This document shows positions 1 through 19,259 of a stretch of 64,000 nucleotides of DNA, in pieces. The notes beneath the pieces are model-generated. The model made no database searches, was not told the origin of the DNA, and worked only from the letters and a program-made list of their open reading frames with translations. Source of the stretch: the human T2T-CHM13v2.0 reference genome, Homo sapiens. The stretch lies in assembly GCF_009914755.1 (NCBI RefSeq), contig NC_060944.1, one strand, 5' to 3'. How positions within the stretch are numbered: the first letter of the stretch is position 1; every line of letters starts with the position of its first letter. The position numbers were made by a program, and so were the translations under genes.

Positions 1-77
1 AAACCTCATCTCTAAAAAAAAATACAGAAACTAACTGGTTTCATAACCTGGACTCAAAGTTAATAAATAGATAAATA

Positions 78-388
<311 letters not shown>

Positions 389-419
389 TTAAAATAGAAA
401 ATTATAAAAAAACGTAGCT

Positions 420-717
<298 letters not shown>

Positions 718-775
718 TTAAGCCCTGTATTCTGTTATTTTTACTTCCTACCCTGAGAAGAACATAATACAACTG

Positions 776-986
776 TTGTCTGTCTGCCTGCCTGCCTGCC
801 TGCCTGCCTGTCTGCCTGTGACAGGGCCTCACTCTGTCTTTCGCCCAGACTGGAGTGCAGTGACACCATTATGGCTCACTCACTGCAGCCTCAACCTCCC
901 CAGGGTTAGGCAATTCCTCAAGGGATCCTACGGCCTCGGCCTCCCAAAGTGTTGGGGTTACAGGCGTGAGCCACCATCACCCGGCC
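776..986 (-). mobile_element. (TGCC)n microsatellite followed by an internally deleted Alu
   Basis: TGCC repeats at about 780-817; Alu right-arm 3' part joined to left-arm 5' part at 819-986. Confidence 0.75.
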
Positions 987-3900
987 TGAGTTAATACATC
1001 TGGTCTCACTACGTCTTAACCACACACCCATGAAGAACTCAAGTCAAGAGAGAGTCGGTAAAAGACTCTCAGCATTCTCTCCTGAAAGCAGTGAGGTGGA
1101 TGGCGGCCGTGTGTCCCGAGCTCCTGTGGTTTCAGGTGACCACGCGTAGAGGAGAGATTTCCAATGTTTCCAGAGAGGCGCGAGCCGCAGTCATTCGGGG
1201 CATCCGAGCACGAGATGGGGTTTCTGACAGCGACTTAAGGGCCAGGAAGGGCCAGAATCTGCCAAGGCCCATGTCCCAGGGTGGGGTCGATGGAACCCAA
1301 GGTAGAGGGAGTCGGCGGTCCGCAAGGAGAGAGCTCCAGCCCTTGGCCCCACTGTGCAGACCGAATCAGAAGGAAGAGAGTCCTTCATCCTACATGCCAC
1401 ATCCCTCCACTGAACTTGGGAGCAAATCCGTTTTCCAAACATGAGGTGACTCTCACTTTGCAATGGATCACAAGAGGCCGGGCTTTCCAGAGTCTGCAGG
1501 GTAAAGAAGTCATTCTGGCTCGGCCTCCCCCATCCCCTGGTAACTGGTGAGTTTAAATGAGGCCAGGCTGGCTGGGCCAGAGCTCCTACGGCGGGGAGGG
1601 GGGTTGGCAGGGTGGGGGGGTTGCCTGAGGCACTGCAGAAAGTGGGTCTGAGCCTCGAGGATGATGGTGCTGCAGGAACCCGTCCAGGCTGCTATATGGC
1701 AAGCACTAAACCACTATGCTTACCGAGATGAGGTTTTCCTCGCAGAACACCTTCATGCAGAAGTACACTCAGAAGAAGCCATGTTTTTACTGGCGACCTG
1801 TTCTTACCGCCCAGGAAAGGCCTATAAAGCATATAGACTCTTGAAAGGACACAGTTGTCCTACACCGCAATGAAAATACCTGCTTGCAAAATGTTGTGTT
1901 GATCTCAGCAAGCTTGCAGAAGGGGAACAATCTTATCTGGTGGAGTGTTTAATAAGCAGAAAAGTCATGATGATATTGTTACTGAGTTTGGTGATTCAGC
2001 TTGCTTTCCCCTTCCATTGTTGGGACATGTATATTGCAAGACAGATTGGCTTGCCAAAGGATCAGAATGTGACCGAAAGAGGCTTAGTTTAAAGCCTTTC
2101 CTCTGGTATCCCTTTGAATCATTATGTGAAATAGGTGAAAAGCCAGATCCTGACCAAACGTTTAAATTCACATCTTTACAGAACTTTAGCAACTGTCTGC
2201 CCAACTCTTGCACAACACAAGTACCTAATCATAGTTTATGTCACAGACAGCCTGAGACCATTCTTACGGAAACACCCCAGGACACAACTGAATTAAACAG
2301 ATTGAATTTAGAATCTTCCAATTCAAAGTAGTCCTTGAATACAGATTCCCCAGTGTCTTCTATTGATTCAGCGTAATTTCACCTGATACTGTCCCACTGG
2401 GAACAGGAACTTCCATATTATCTAAACAGGTTCAAAATAAACCAAAAACTGGTCGAAGTTTATTAGGAGGACCAGGAGATCTTAGTCCATTAACCCCAAG
2501 TTTTGGGATTTTGCCATTAGAAACCCCAAGTCCTGGAGATGGATCCTATTTACAAAACTACACTAATATACCTTCTGAAATTGAGGTGCCATCCACCGGA
2601 GCCCCTTCAAAAAAGTCTGTTGCCAGAATTGGCCAAACTGGAGCAAAGTCTGTCTTCTCACAGAGTGGAAATAGACGAGAGGTAACTCCAATTCTTGCAC
2701 AAACAGAAAGTTCTGGTCCATAAATAAGTACAACACCTCAGGTATTGAGCCCCACTATGACATCTCCCCCAAATGCACTGCCTCGAAGAAATTCAAGACT
2801 CTTTACTAGTGACAGTTTCCCAACCAAGGAGAATAGGAAGAAATTAAAAATGAAGTTTCCACCTAAAATCTCAAACAGAAAAACAAAAAGTAAAACTAAT
2901 AAAGGAGGAATAACTCAACCTAACATAAATGATGGCCTGGAAATTACAAAATTGGACTCTTCCATTATTTCAGAAGGGAAAATATCCACAATCACACCTC
3001 AGATTCAGGCTTTTAATCATAAAAAACAGCAGCAGAAGGCTTGATGAGCCTTTTTCATGAAAGGGTGAAAGGTTATTTAGCTTTGTGTTCATACCACTGC
3101 AAAGAAGCTATAAATATTTTGAGCCATCTACCTTCTCACCACTACAATACTGGTTGGGTACTGTGCCAAATTGGAAGGGTCTATTTTGAACTTTCAGAGT
3201 ACATACAAGCTGAAAGAATATTCTCAGAGGTTAGAAGGACTGAGAATTATAGAGTCGAAGGCATGGAAATCTAGTCTACAACATTTTGGCATCTTCAAAA
3301 AGATGTTGTTCTTTCAGTTATGTCAAAAGACTTAACAGATGTGGATAAAAATTCACCAGAGGCCTGATGTGCTTCAGGGAACTGTTTCAGTTTGCAACGG
3401 GAACACGATATTGCAATTAAATTCTTCCAGAGAGCTATCCAAGTGGATCCAAATTATGCTTATGTCTATACTCTATTAGGGCGAGAGTTTGTCTTAACTG
3501 AAGAATTGGACAAAGTATTAGCTTGTTTTTGAAATGCTATCAGAGTCAATCCTAGACATTGTAATGCACGGTAAGTGGTAATGAAGTGTAAAGACAAAGT
3601 CTTGTTGATGGTGCTTGTAGTCACTAATTTTTCTTGTTAGATAGCTCTTTATTGTCATGAATTTGGTTACTAATACTTAGGCATGGTACATACTAGTAAA
3701 TAACTTCAAACTAACATGTTTTTTTATGAAATGTATGTCTTTAACAAACTCTTCAGTTAACTAATGATAATAGAATACCAGATCCTTATACTCAACAGTT
3801 TCAGTCTTCTACCACACTTTTGCAGACACTGTAGTTGTGTTTTGTTTGTTTGTTTGCTTGTTTAGTTTTGTTACTTGATTTATTACTTTTTCTTCGAACA

Positions 3901-4259
3901 CAGAAATGGTGATTGGGACAAAAAGTGCTTGGGAAATTGGAAAGGAATAGCATAATTCACTTATTGGATAATAGGAAAAAAACACTGAAAAAATTCACTA
4001 GTTGCTGCTTTTTGACAGTGTTCCAGTTTATTGAGTTACTATTAAGAACTTAGTATACCCTTTTATTTAGCAGTATCTCTGTTTTCCTTTTTTTACTTGT
4101 GTATAAGTAGACACATAGGAAATTACTATCCAGGTCATATTGTTATCAACTGAATAACATACGAAAAAGTTTGGTCCTACATCTGCCTCAACACCATACT
4201 TACTGTTGACATTTATTGTATTTTTCTGGACTGACTTAAAAGTTTAAATATGAAGAGAA

Positions 4260-4629
<370 letters not shown>

Positions 4630-5252
4630 TCAGATACGGTTATCTTTGGGGTTAATTATTATAGGAGTTGAGTTTTAACATTTGATTTGCTTCTAAATCT
4701 GAAGCATTATATTGCTAAAACATTTTTTGATTTGTGAATATGTTGTTTAATGGATTATATCTCATTTTGCAGTAGTAGTTGCAGTGTCTGAAAGATTGCC
4801 AAAAAAATAGTGCTAGCTTTTGCTGACAAATGTAACAATCACCTTACCAATACTGCCTTCTCTTCTGATAGCTATGTTTTCCATAATACTTTAAGAACTC
4901 AGTTCTTCATAAGACTTGTGTTGTTTTTGCTTTTTTCCCAAGTCTGATTGATCCTTGTGTTGTTCTTTTTTAAAAGTGTATTGTCTGTTCAGCTATTCCG
5001 CAGGAGTCACATTCTTAAGAACCTTAACCATATCAAAAATTGTGTTTAAAGGAGGATTATTCAGATTGGCCAGCTTTTACTAGGAGGAGTTTAAATGCTG
5101 ACATATTTAGGTAACTCTAAATACTGAGCAACTTTATTCTAACTACAAAATAGATAGCCTTTCTTTTATTTTCACTTTCACTATCATTAGCACCGTGTTT
5201 AATACCTTTTCTTCATCTATAACACAATTATAACGATATATAAAGCCACTCA

Positions 5253-5287
5253 AATAAAGCAGATATATCGTGCTTTAAAAAAAAAAA
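5253..5287 (+). terminator. Polyadenylation signal and poly(A) remnant of the CDC27 retrocopy
   Basis: AATAAA at 5253-5258, A-run from 5277, A-rich sequence continuing to the 3' TSD at 5298. Confidence 0.85.
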
Positions 5288-5370
5288 GAAATTAAAAAAA
5301 GAAGTCATTATGTGGCACACAACGAGGTGTGACTCGAATCTAGAATCTCCAGTGAAAACCAATGAAACAG

Positions 5371-5545
<175 letters not shown>

Positions 5546-6809
5546 ACCAATAAAGGTGTTTCACTCAAACTGTCAGGCTCAGGTCTCTTGACAGGATACA
5601 TCCAGCGCCCAGGGAAACGTCGAGGGGTGGGGTGGAATCTATTTTGTGGCCTCAAGGAAGGGTTTGAGAGATAGTCCCGCAAACGTGACGGCCTAAGGAA
5701 GCCCCTCCGCCCAAGAAGCGATATTCATTTGTATACAGTAGCCACCCAGGAGGGAGAATCGGGCTCTCTACAGACCCCCCAACCCCCACCCCACCCCACC
5801 CCTCCGCCTCGAGAAATGAGCTCTCGCTCTGTCAGGCTCTATTCACGCCGTGTGGTTTTTTAACCTCCAGTGTGTGTGCGTGGGTTGCGGGGTGGGGTGG
5901 GGGCGGCTGTGGACAGAGGAGGGGATAAAGCGGCGGTGTTCCGCGGGTTCCCGTGACGTAGGACGTGAGTGGGGTGGCCAGAGCCTAGTTAACTCATCGC
6001 CTGTCTGGACGTCTCCCCTCCTGGTCCCCTCTCTGACCTACGCTCCACATCTTCGCAGTTCAGTGGGGACCTTGTGTGTGGAAGTCTCCATCCCTTTCTA
6101 CTTTAGCCGATGAAGGCCGGGTTCTCAAGAGTCTCCCCGGAGTCAGGGCCTTGGGCAGGCTCACAAGGATGCTGACGGCTGGTGACGGTGATGTAAGTTG
6201 GAAGCCTCGGGCCAATGCAGAGGTATCCATTTGACCTCGGTGGGACAGGTCAGCGGAGTCCCGTGCGTCCTTCCGGAGACTCATCTAGTGCTAGCAAGCA
6301 TGGTCCCGAGGATTCCAGCTCCCAGCAGAGGCACTTTTGTTCACACAGAATCCTGGGCAGGAAAGTTCTCAGCACGTTTAGGCCTCCTAGCCAAAAAGTC
6401 AAAGCCACTTCTGGGATTTTTTTTCAAAGAACCAGTGATTCCACAAGGGGCCATGGGTAGTTGTGGAAATGGAGAGACGTGTTTACAGATACATATTTGA
6501 GACAGAACGGACAGGGCTCGGTCACAGTTCATGTAGAACACGAGCAGATGCACATTGAGAAAACCCTCCCAGCATCCTAGGTGAACAGAAGTATGATTTT
6601 TTGATACAGTCGAGGGAGACACAACCCCAGATTTTAGGGTTGGATCTTTATTAATATGTAGTATCTATGAGGTATCCAAGTCCAGAAAGCAACTCGCCAG
6701 TTCTGTACAGCATTCTGTAGGGAGATCAAACCTGGGATATCTAAAGTTAAGAATTCAGGCCGTGGTAATGGATTAGATTAGATGTACTTGAACTTATTTT
6801 GCAAAGGAA

Positions 6810-6844
6810 GAGAGGGCAGGAGATAGCGAGAGCCAGAGAGTGGG

Positions 6845-6875
<31 letters not shown>

Positions 6876-7880
6876 AAGACAGAGACAGAGAGAGACAGAC
6901 AGAGAGACACAAAGATACACAAAGAGAGAAAGACAGAAAGAGGGAGAGACAGACAGAGAAAGAAAGAGATGGACAGAGACAGACGGACAGGCAGACAGAC
7001 AGGCAGAGAAAGAGAGTAAGACAGAAGGCAGACACACACACACACAGAGACAGAGACAGATGGACAGACAGAGAGAAAGAAAGAGAGAGACAGACAGAGA
7101 GAAAAAGAGAGAGAAAGACAGAGACAGACGGAGGGAGACAGAGAGAAACAGAGACAGAGAGAGAGAGAGAAACAGACAAGGAGAGAGAGAGACAGACAGG
7201 CAGAGAAAGACAGTAAGACAGAAGACAGACACAGAGAGAGACAGGCAGAGAGAGACAGACTGAGAGACAGAGACAGAGAAACAGACAGGCAAAGAGAGAG
7301 AGAGAAAAAAAACAGACAGGGAGAGAGAGAGAGACCTACCGACAGACAGACAGGCAGAGAGAGAGACAGAGACAGCAAGACAGAGAAAGAGAGATACAGA
7401 CAGACAGACAGACAAAGAGACAGACAGAGAAAGACAGAGATGGACAGAGAGAGACAGAGAGAAACAAAGAGAGAGAGACAGAGAGAAAGAGAGAGAGAGA
7501 CAGACCGGCAGAGAAAGAGTAAGACAGAAGACAGACACAGTGAGAGAGACAAGCAGAGAGAGAGACACACAGAGACAGAGAGACAAAGAGAAAGAAAGAG
7601 AGAGACAGACAGAGAGACAGAGAAAGACATAGATGGACAGAGAGAAAGAGAAAGAGAGAGAGACAGATACAGAGACAGAGAGAAACAGACAGGGAGAGAG
7701 AGAGAGAGAGACAGACGGACAGGCAGAGAGGAAGAGAGACAGACAGGCAGAGAAAGGGAATAAGACAGAAGACAGACACAGTGAGAGAGACAGGTAGAGA
7801 GAGAGAGAAAAATAGGCAGAGAGAGAGAGACAGAGAGAGAGAGTAGAAGGAGAAAGAGACAGAGAGAGGAGTAGGAAGGG
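6810..7880. repeat. GA-rich compound repeat (CT-rich on rRNA-sense strand) with higher-order unit
   Basis: (AG)n/(AGAC)n mosaic with the recurring anchor GACAGGCAGAGAAAGAGAGTAAGACAGAAGACAGACAC. Confidence 0.95.
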
Positions 7881-11887
<4,007 letters not shown>

Positions 11888-12999
11888 AGAGACAGAGAGA
11901 AAGAGAGAGACAGACAGAGATGGAGAGAGAGAGAGAGACCAATCCCACCATGAGGACCCCGAAATGGTGTTTGATTTGGATCCCTGTCTAGTCACCTCTC
12001 TGTCTGTAGATGACTGAGGATTCCACAAATGAAGGTCAGCAGTATCTATTGAGCTGTTTCTCCCTCTCATGCGTCTCATCTGTGTGGTGGAGAAAGGGAA
12101 GAAAAGAGGTTCTGATGGGAAGTTGTCTTCATGCCTGAGGAAGCTGAAGGCAGGCTGACGGGAAGGACGGCATCCTATGTGACATTTCCATACCTGGGCA
12201 CCCTTTACAATGCTGGGGCTGCCGGTCCACCCAGTACGTCAACCCACCCCCAAGAACAGCTAGTTCCGGGATGATCCAGTCCATCCCATCCGGCTCATCC
12301 GGGGCATCTGGTGGAAGGCTTCGCTGGAGGATTCAAAAGCAGCATCAATGCGGTTCCCTTGGGGTCGCCGGGCAAAGGCCAGATAGAGGAGGGTGGTGGG
12401 ACGTGAAGGGGGGCGGGGCATCGGTCTTAGAGCTCCCTGGAAGGTGGCAGGCAGCTGGTGGAGGACGCTGAGCCAGAGACGTCTGGCAGGATATGGACCT
12501 GGAAGCCGCGTCAGTCCTTTCCCATACCTCTCCCATGGGAAATCCCATGGCCGCAGTGGGAGACTTGGCTGGGGGAGAAGAGGGGACAAGGGGGAGAGGG
12601 AAGGAGGCCCTCGGGAGGATTTAGCACCGAAAACCCACCCAGCCAAGCTCCCTCCCTCCTATGGGGTCCAAGGTACACCCTGGGAGGTGGCAAGAGAAAG
12701 GTTCACCCCGTGCTTTTTGTCTTTCTCTTTATTTTTTTCATCTTTTCAATTTTACAAGAGATGCTCATTTCAACAACTAGACGGTGGATGTGACGGGAGA
12801 AGTGTCAAGGCCAGGAGTTTGAGACCAGCCCGAGCAACTGAGCAACACAAGTAGGAGAGCCCAGCTGAAAAAAATGAAAAAAAGAAGGAGGAGGAGGAAG
12901 AAAGAAAAGAAAAGAAAGAAAAGAAAAGAAAAGAAAAGGAAAGAAAAGAAAAGAAAAGAGAAAAGGAAAACAACCACCAAGAAAGTTAAAATTCTTCAA

Positions 13000-13330
13000 T
13001 GGTGCAGGCACAAAAAAGAGCGATTTCACGTCTTTTCCCACAACATGGATAGAGCTGGAAGCAAGTATATACCCAGTGAACTGCCTTCTGCTTACAAGTG
13101 GGAGGTTAACAGTGGGTACGCACACGGTCATCAAGATGGAAATAGCAGACACTCCAAAAGGGAGGAGGAGGGTAAGAGGGGGACGAAGGATGAATAAATC
13201 GCCCGTCGGAGACAACATTCACCACATGGGTATCGGATACACTGGAGGTCCACTTCTACAACTGGAGGCAGTAGTATGCCGTTCTAACAAACAAGCACAT
13301 ACACCACCTGAGTCTGTAAAATACCAAAAC
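13000..13330 (+). mobile_element. Old L1 3'-end fragment (L1PB/L1MA-like)
   Basis: CAACATGGATAGAGCTGGAAG...CTTACAAGTGGGAGGTTAAC...TAACAAACAAGCACATACAC resembles an L1 3'UTR. Confidence 0.6.
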
Positions 13331-13729
13331 AATGACGACAGCACCAGCAGCAGCAGCAGCATCAGAAACAACAAGAACAGAACAGAAGCTGGAACACAAA
13401 ACCACCACCACCACCACCAAAATCACCAGTTGAGGGTTGGGGGAGGATGGCCGCGCTTGAGGCCCTCAGGCTCAGTCCCCTCGGGTTTAAAAAAGAAAAC
13501 AGCAGACTCATTCCTGTCTGTAGACAGGAAAAATCCAATCAAAGTTCTCCATTGCTAAAAAGAGAAGTAGAATAAGGAGAAGGGGTTATTGATCTTCTTG
13601 TGATCGATCGAGACCATACATGTAGTAAAAAATTAAATTCAGACAGCAATACTTTCTACACTGTTCAAAAGCATCGGAGATCAGACGCACCACACTCCAT
13701 GGGGCTTGTGCCATTAGAAAGAAAAGGCA

Positions 13730-14034
13730 GGCCGGGCGAGGTGGTTCACGCCTGTCATCCCAGCACTTTAGGAGGCCGAGGCGGGTGGATCACGAGGACA
13801 GGAGATCGAGACCATACTGGCTAACATGGTGAAACCCCGTCTCTACTAAAAATACAAAAAATTAGCCAGGCCTGGCTTGGGCGCCTGTAGTCCCAGCTAC
13901 TCAGGAGGCTGAGGCAGGAGGATGGCATGAACCCGGGAGGCAGAGCTTGCAGTGAGCAGAGATAGCACCACTGCACTCTGGCCTGGGCGAAAGAGCGAGA
14001 CTCCGTCTCAAAAAAAAAAAAAAAAAAAAAAAAA
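13730..14034 (+). mobile_element. AluY-like element at the IGS/non-IGS boundary
   Basis: Full dimer with 25-nt poly(A); no matching TSD. Confidence 0.92.
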
Positions 14035-14190
14035 GCCAGGCATAGTGCTGCATGCCTGTAGTCCCAGCTACTCAGGAGGCTGTGGTAGAACAATCACTTG
14101 ACCCAGTAGTTTGAGGCTGCAGTGAGCTATGATCATACCATTGCACTCTGGCCTGGATGACAGAGCGAAACCCCATCTCAAAACAAAGAA
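14035..14190 (+). mobile_element. Orphan AluJ-type right arm
   Basis: TTGAGGCTGCAGTGAGCTATGATC is an AluJ diagnostic; the left arm is absent. Confidence 0.8.
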
Positions 14191-14494
14191 CAACCAAAAA
14201 CCTACAAGCATACTCAGAGATAGTGTGGGTTTGGTTCTAGACAACCACGATAAGGCAAATGTTACAATCAAGTTAGTCGCATAAACATTTTGTTTCCCAG
14301 TGCTTATAAAAGTTATGCTTAAACTATGTTGTAGTCTAATGAGTATTTAATAATTAATTATTAATTAATTATTTAATTAGTAATCGCATTATGTCTAAAA
14401 AACTATGTACATACCTTAACTTAAAATACCTCATTGCTGAAAAATACCAATGAATATCTGAGCCTTACCAAGTCATAATCTTTTTGCTGGTGAG

Positions 14495-15521
14495 TGAAGG
14501 GGTGGCCTACCCTCCACACTTGTGGGTATCTCTAGTCAGGTGGGACGAGAGACTGAGAAAAGAAGTAAGACACAGAGACAAAGTATAGAGAAACAACAGT
14601 AGGCCCAGGTGACTGGCGCTCAGCATACCAAGGACCTGCACCGGCACCGGCCTCTGAGTTCCCTCAGTTTTTATTGGTTATTATTTTCATTATTTCAGCA
14701 AAAAGGAATGTAGTAGGAGAGCAGGCTGATAATAAGGAGAAGGTCAGCAAAAAACATGTGAGCAAAAAAATCTATGTCACAATTAAGTTCAAGGGAAGGT
14801 ACTATGAGTGGACGTGCACGTAAGCCAGATTTATGTTTCTCTCCACCCAAACATCTCAGTGGAGTAAAGAATAACAAAGCAGCATTACTGCAAACATGTC
14901 TTGCCTCCCACCATAGGGCGGTTTTTCTCCTATCTTAGAATTGAACAAATGTACAATCAGGTTTTATACTGAGACATTCAGTTCCCAGGGGCAGCCAGGA
15001 GACAGTGGCCTTCCTCTATCTCAACTGCAAAAGGCTTTAATCTTTTACTAATCCGCCTCAGCACAGACCCTTAACGGGTGTCAGGCTGGGGGACAGTCAG
15101 GTCTTTCTCATCCCATGATGCCATATTTCAGACTATCACATGGGGAGAAACCTTGGACAATACCCCGCTTTCAAGAACAGAGGTCCCTGCGGCTTTCTGC
15201 AGTGCATTGTGCCCCTCGTTTATTGAGACTAGAGAATGGCGATGACTTTTACCAAGTATACTGCTTGTAAACATTTTGTTAACAAGGCACATCCTGCACA
15301 GCCCTAGATCCCTTAAACCTTGATTTCATAAAACACATGTTTTTGTGAGCTCCAGGTTGGGTCAAAGTGGCTGGGACAAAGTGGCTGGGGCGAAGCTACA
15401 AATTAACGTCTCAGCAAAGCAATTGTTTAAAGTAAAAGTCTTTTTCAAAATGGAGTCTCTTACGTCTTTCCTTTCTATATAGACACAGTAACAGTCTGAT
15501 CTCTCTTTCTTTTCTCTTACA
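14495..15521 (-). mobile_element. HERV-K(HML-2) solo LTR, LTR5A-like
   Basis: 1027 bp with TG...CA termini and LTR5 internal motifs; TSD GTGAG at 14490-14494 and 15522-15526. Confidence 0.9.
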
Positions 15522-16398
15522 GTGAGGGTCTTGCCTCTATGTTGATGGCTGCTGACTGATCAATGTGGGGGTTGCTGAAGGTTGGGTGCCTGTGTCAATT
15601 TCTTAAAACAATGAAGTTTGTTCCTTTCACAAAATATTTCCCTGTAGCATGTGATGCTGTTTGATAGCATTTTATCCACAGTAGAACTTCCTTCAAAATT
15701 GAAGTAAACTGTCTCAAACCCTGCTGCTGCTTTATCAACTAGGTTTATGGAATATTCTAAATCCTTTGTCGTTATTTCAACAATGTTCGTAACATCTCCA
15801 CCTGGAGTAGATTCCATCTCAAGAAAATATTTTCTTTGCTCATCCATAAGAAGCAACTCCCCAGTTGCTCAAGTTTCATCATGGGTTTACAGCAATTTAA
15901 TCTCATCTAAAGGCCCTAATTCTAATTCTGGTTGTCTTGCGACTTCTACCACATCTTTAGGGACTTCCTCCCCTGACATCCTGAGCCCTCAAAGTCTTCC
16001 ATGAGGGCTGGAATCAACTTCTTCCAAACTCCTGTTAATGTTGATATTTCAACCTCCTCCCATCAATCACAAATGTCCTTAATGGCATTTGCTATTAAGG
16101 ATATTTGTGATTCATGGGAAGAGGTTGAAATATCATGAAGGGATTAATGGTGAAACCTTTCCAAAAGGTTTTCAATTCAGTTTATCCAGATTCATCAAAG
16201 AAATTACTATCTATGACAGCTATACCTTTACAAAATGCATTTATTATTTAATAAAAACACTTGACAGTCAGAAACACTCCTTGATCCACAGGCTGAAGGA
16301 TAGATATTGTATTAGCAGCCATGAAAATAACATTAATTTCCAAGTACATCTCCATCTAAGCTTTTGGGTAGCTAGGTGAATTATCCATAAGCAGCAAT

Positions 16399-16807
<409 letters not shown>

Positions 16808-17163
16808 TAGTGGGATTAAAGTATTCAGTAAACCATGCTGTTAACAGATGTGTTGTCACTCAGACTGTGATGTTCCATTTCTAGAGCACAGAAAGAATAG
16901 ATTTTGCATAATTACTAAAGGCCCTGAGATTTTCAGAGTGGTCAATGAGCACTAGCTGTAACTTAAAGTCACCAACTGCAGTGGTCCTCAAAGACAGTCA
17001 GCCCATCCTTTGAAGTTTTGAAGCCAAGTGTGGACGTCTCTCTAGCGATGAAAATTTTACATCTTCACTAAGCTTAATCATTGCTAGCTCTGGACTTCAA
17101 GTGAGAGACATGCAATTCTTCCTTTCATTTGAGCTCTTTGAGGCCACTGTGCTTACTAATTAA

Positions 17164-17923
17164 CACCCCCGGCGGGTGTCATCCTCCTCCCTCCTCAATC
17201 GAGTTCACCCACACCGGGGCATGGGGAACGGGGCTTGCCGCACCCCACACGCCCTGCACGCCTGGGGCTCTCCCACAGGGGGCTTTCGTGAGCCAGGGGG
17301 CAAGGGCCGTTCCCCCGCTCCAGCCCAGCCAGGCTGCGTAGGCAGAAGGCATCTCTCAACCTGCCCCGGCACGCAGGGATTTTGTGTTTGCTGCCCTGGC
17401 TCCTCTAGAAGTAGGACTGTACCACCCTCAGATTCCTCGTTGGCCTCCGCACCCCAACAAATGCCAGGAGGTCCAGTACCCGCAGCACGGCAGCCTGCTG
17501 GGTGCATGCTCAGTGGGACAGCTTGGGTACCCTCAAGCTAAGTCACAGGGGCAAAGTGTGTTTCCGCCACCCACGTCCCACCGGAGTCCGCGGTGGGGCT
17601 GGAGCCCCAGGTCGCCAGGGCGGCGTGGGAAACCGAAGACGGGGCACCTCCACTTCCGAAGCTCGCGACCCCAGAGGCCTCCGCGTCAAGCACATATGCA
17701 AGCCATCCAGGCGCCTCCCAACCCCTCCAGGAGCCGGGGCGCTCGTCTACACTCACCCCCAGACAGTTAGATGAGCTCCTGTCAACCCCAGAGTTTCAGC
17801 AAAAGGCACAACCTTTCCTAGATCGAGCGCCACTGCGGGGAGCTGAAGGACGTGGAAGAGCTCGCTCTGCTGGAACCACTCCTTAGCCAGGAAGAACACC
17901 GGGCTCTGCTGGAGGAGCTTTAG
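17164..17923 (+). pseudogene. DUX4L: DUX4-like pseudogene, 3' part only (no homeodomains)
   Basis: Translates to [13 protein letters not shown]...[12 protein letters not shown]...PRWPPHP...LDELLSTPEFQQKAQP...SQEEHRALLEEL-stop. Internal stop at 17339-17341 and frameshifts. Confidence 0.95.
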
Positions 17924-19255
17924 GACGCGGGGTTGGGGCGGGGTAGGGGCAGGGCGGCGGCCTCTCTTTCGCGGTGAACCTCTGACTCGGTATGGAGAGG
18001 CGTGTCTTCCCTTCCAGCTGACCTGCCTAGGATCCCTGAGTTCCAGGTCCCGTGAGAGACTCCACTCAGAGGAGGGCTGTCATTCTTTTCTGAGCATCCC
18101 GGGGATCCCAGGGCCCGTCCAGGTACCGGGAGGCGGACTGTCTACTGCTCATGCGCGGGCTAGCAGGCAGTAGCCTAGGTTTTCTAACTAGCCTAGGTAG
18201 AGTTCTCATCCCTTCCCTCTTGCCCCCCACTGCGTTCTTCAGTGGGGTGGGCGGAGACCTCCATCCCGGGAAACACTGGCCCGGGCAGGCGCCAGATCTG
18301 CTCTTCTTTCCGCGTCTCTCCAACTCTGCCTCCCCCCCACACCGTCACTCGCCTACCCTTGTCCCGCCAGCTTCCTCGGCATCACCATGGAGCGCCTGAC
18401 AGCTAAATGCAGACCCGAGACCCCGCGCAAACCCGGGTGCTGCCCTTTCTATGCGGGAGGGAACTCAGGCAGAGATGGGGAGAGGAACGGAGACAGAGAG
18501 GGAGGGAGCGATGAAGGGAAGAAAGAACGGATGGACCGAGGGACCTTGGAAAGGATGGAGGGATAGAAGGAAGGAGAGAGGGAAGGAGGGAGGGAGGGAG
18601 GGAGGAACTGCGGGAGGGACGGAGGGAAAGAGGGAGGGAGGGAGCAAGAAACAGAGAGAGGAAGGCAGAGAGAAAAGCAGTCTTCTGCCTCCAGGACCAG
18701 CAGGATCTCTCACTCCGGGAAAATGTTGGGTGCCCAGTGCAGGCTAAGTGCTCGGCCCACAGCCGCGTCGGCCTGCGGGGCTCTCACCTGCCCACTGGAT
18801 CGCCAGCCTGGGTTACTTCATCCGGGAGCGATTCAGAGGATTTCCGCCTCCCAGGGAATGAGCGAATTCCCCAAAGAACAGAGCAGAGACTTGAATGGTT
18901 GTCCGTTTTTCATCCACAGGGTTCACAGATGACATATCCCCATGCTGAGCCTGCAACAGAGCGCAAGGCAGATACTCCCACCCACACAGGAGTCACACTC
19001 AAGCCGAGTGAGCCAAGATTCCGGATTCCACGTTCCTTTGCCCTCTGCAAGGGGTCCTGCTGCTCACGTGTCTCTGGCCCCCAAAAGCGTGACCATGTTG
19101 ACTGTTTGTTTCCCGAGCTCTGTGGGGACACAGAAACCTCCAGCGAAGCATGGAAACGCAGCATCGTGTCTTCGCTCTCCTTTCGTTTCCAAACAGGCCA
19201 TTTTGGAGACTCCCCATGTTGCAGGAAACAGGAATCCCTCATCAGTCCGTGATGA
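17924..19255 (+). repeat. Partial diverged D4Z4 (3.3-kb KpnI) macrosatellite unit
   Basis: Colinear with recalled D4Z4 sequence after the DUX4 stop; KpnI site GGTACC at 18122-18127; GGGA-rich block. Homology stops at about 19254, before the next DUX4 promoter. Confidence 0.88.
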
Positions 19256-19259
19256 CTCA

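Noticed and set aside
776-817. p53 response element of the ribosomal gene cluster
   Set aside because: Only (TGCC)n repeats; no paired RRRCWWGYYY half-sites.
1661-3274. Functional CDC27 gene
   Set aside because: Intronless with several in-frame stops and frameshifts, truncated, and flanked by a TSD.
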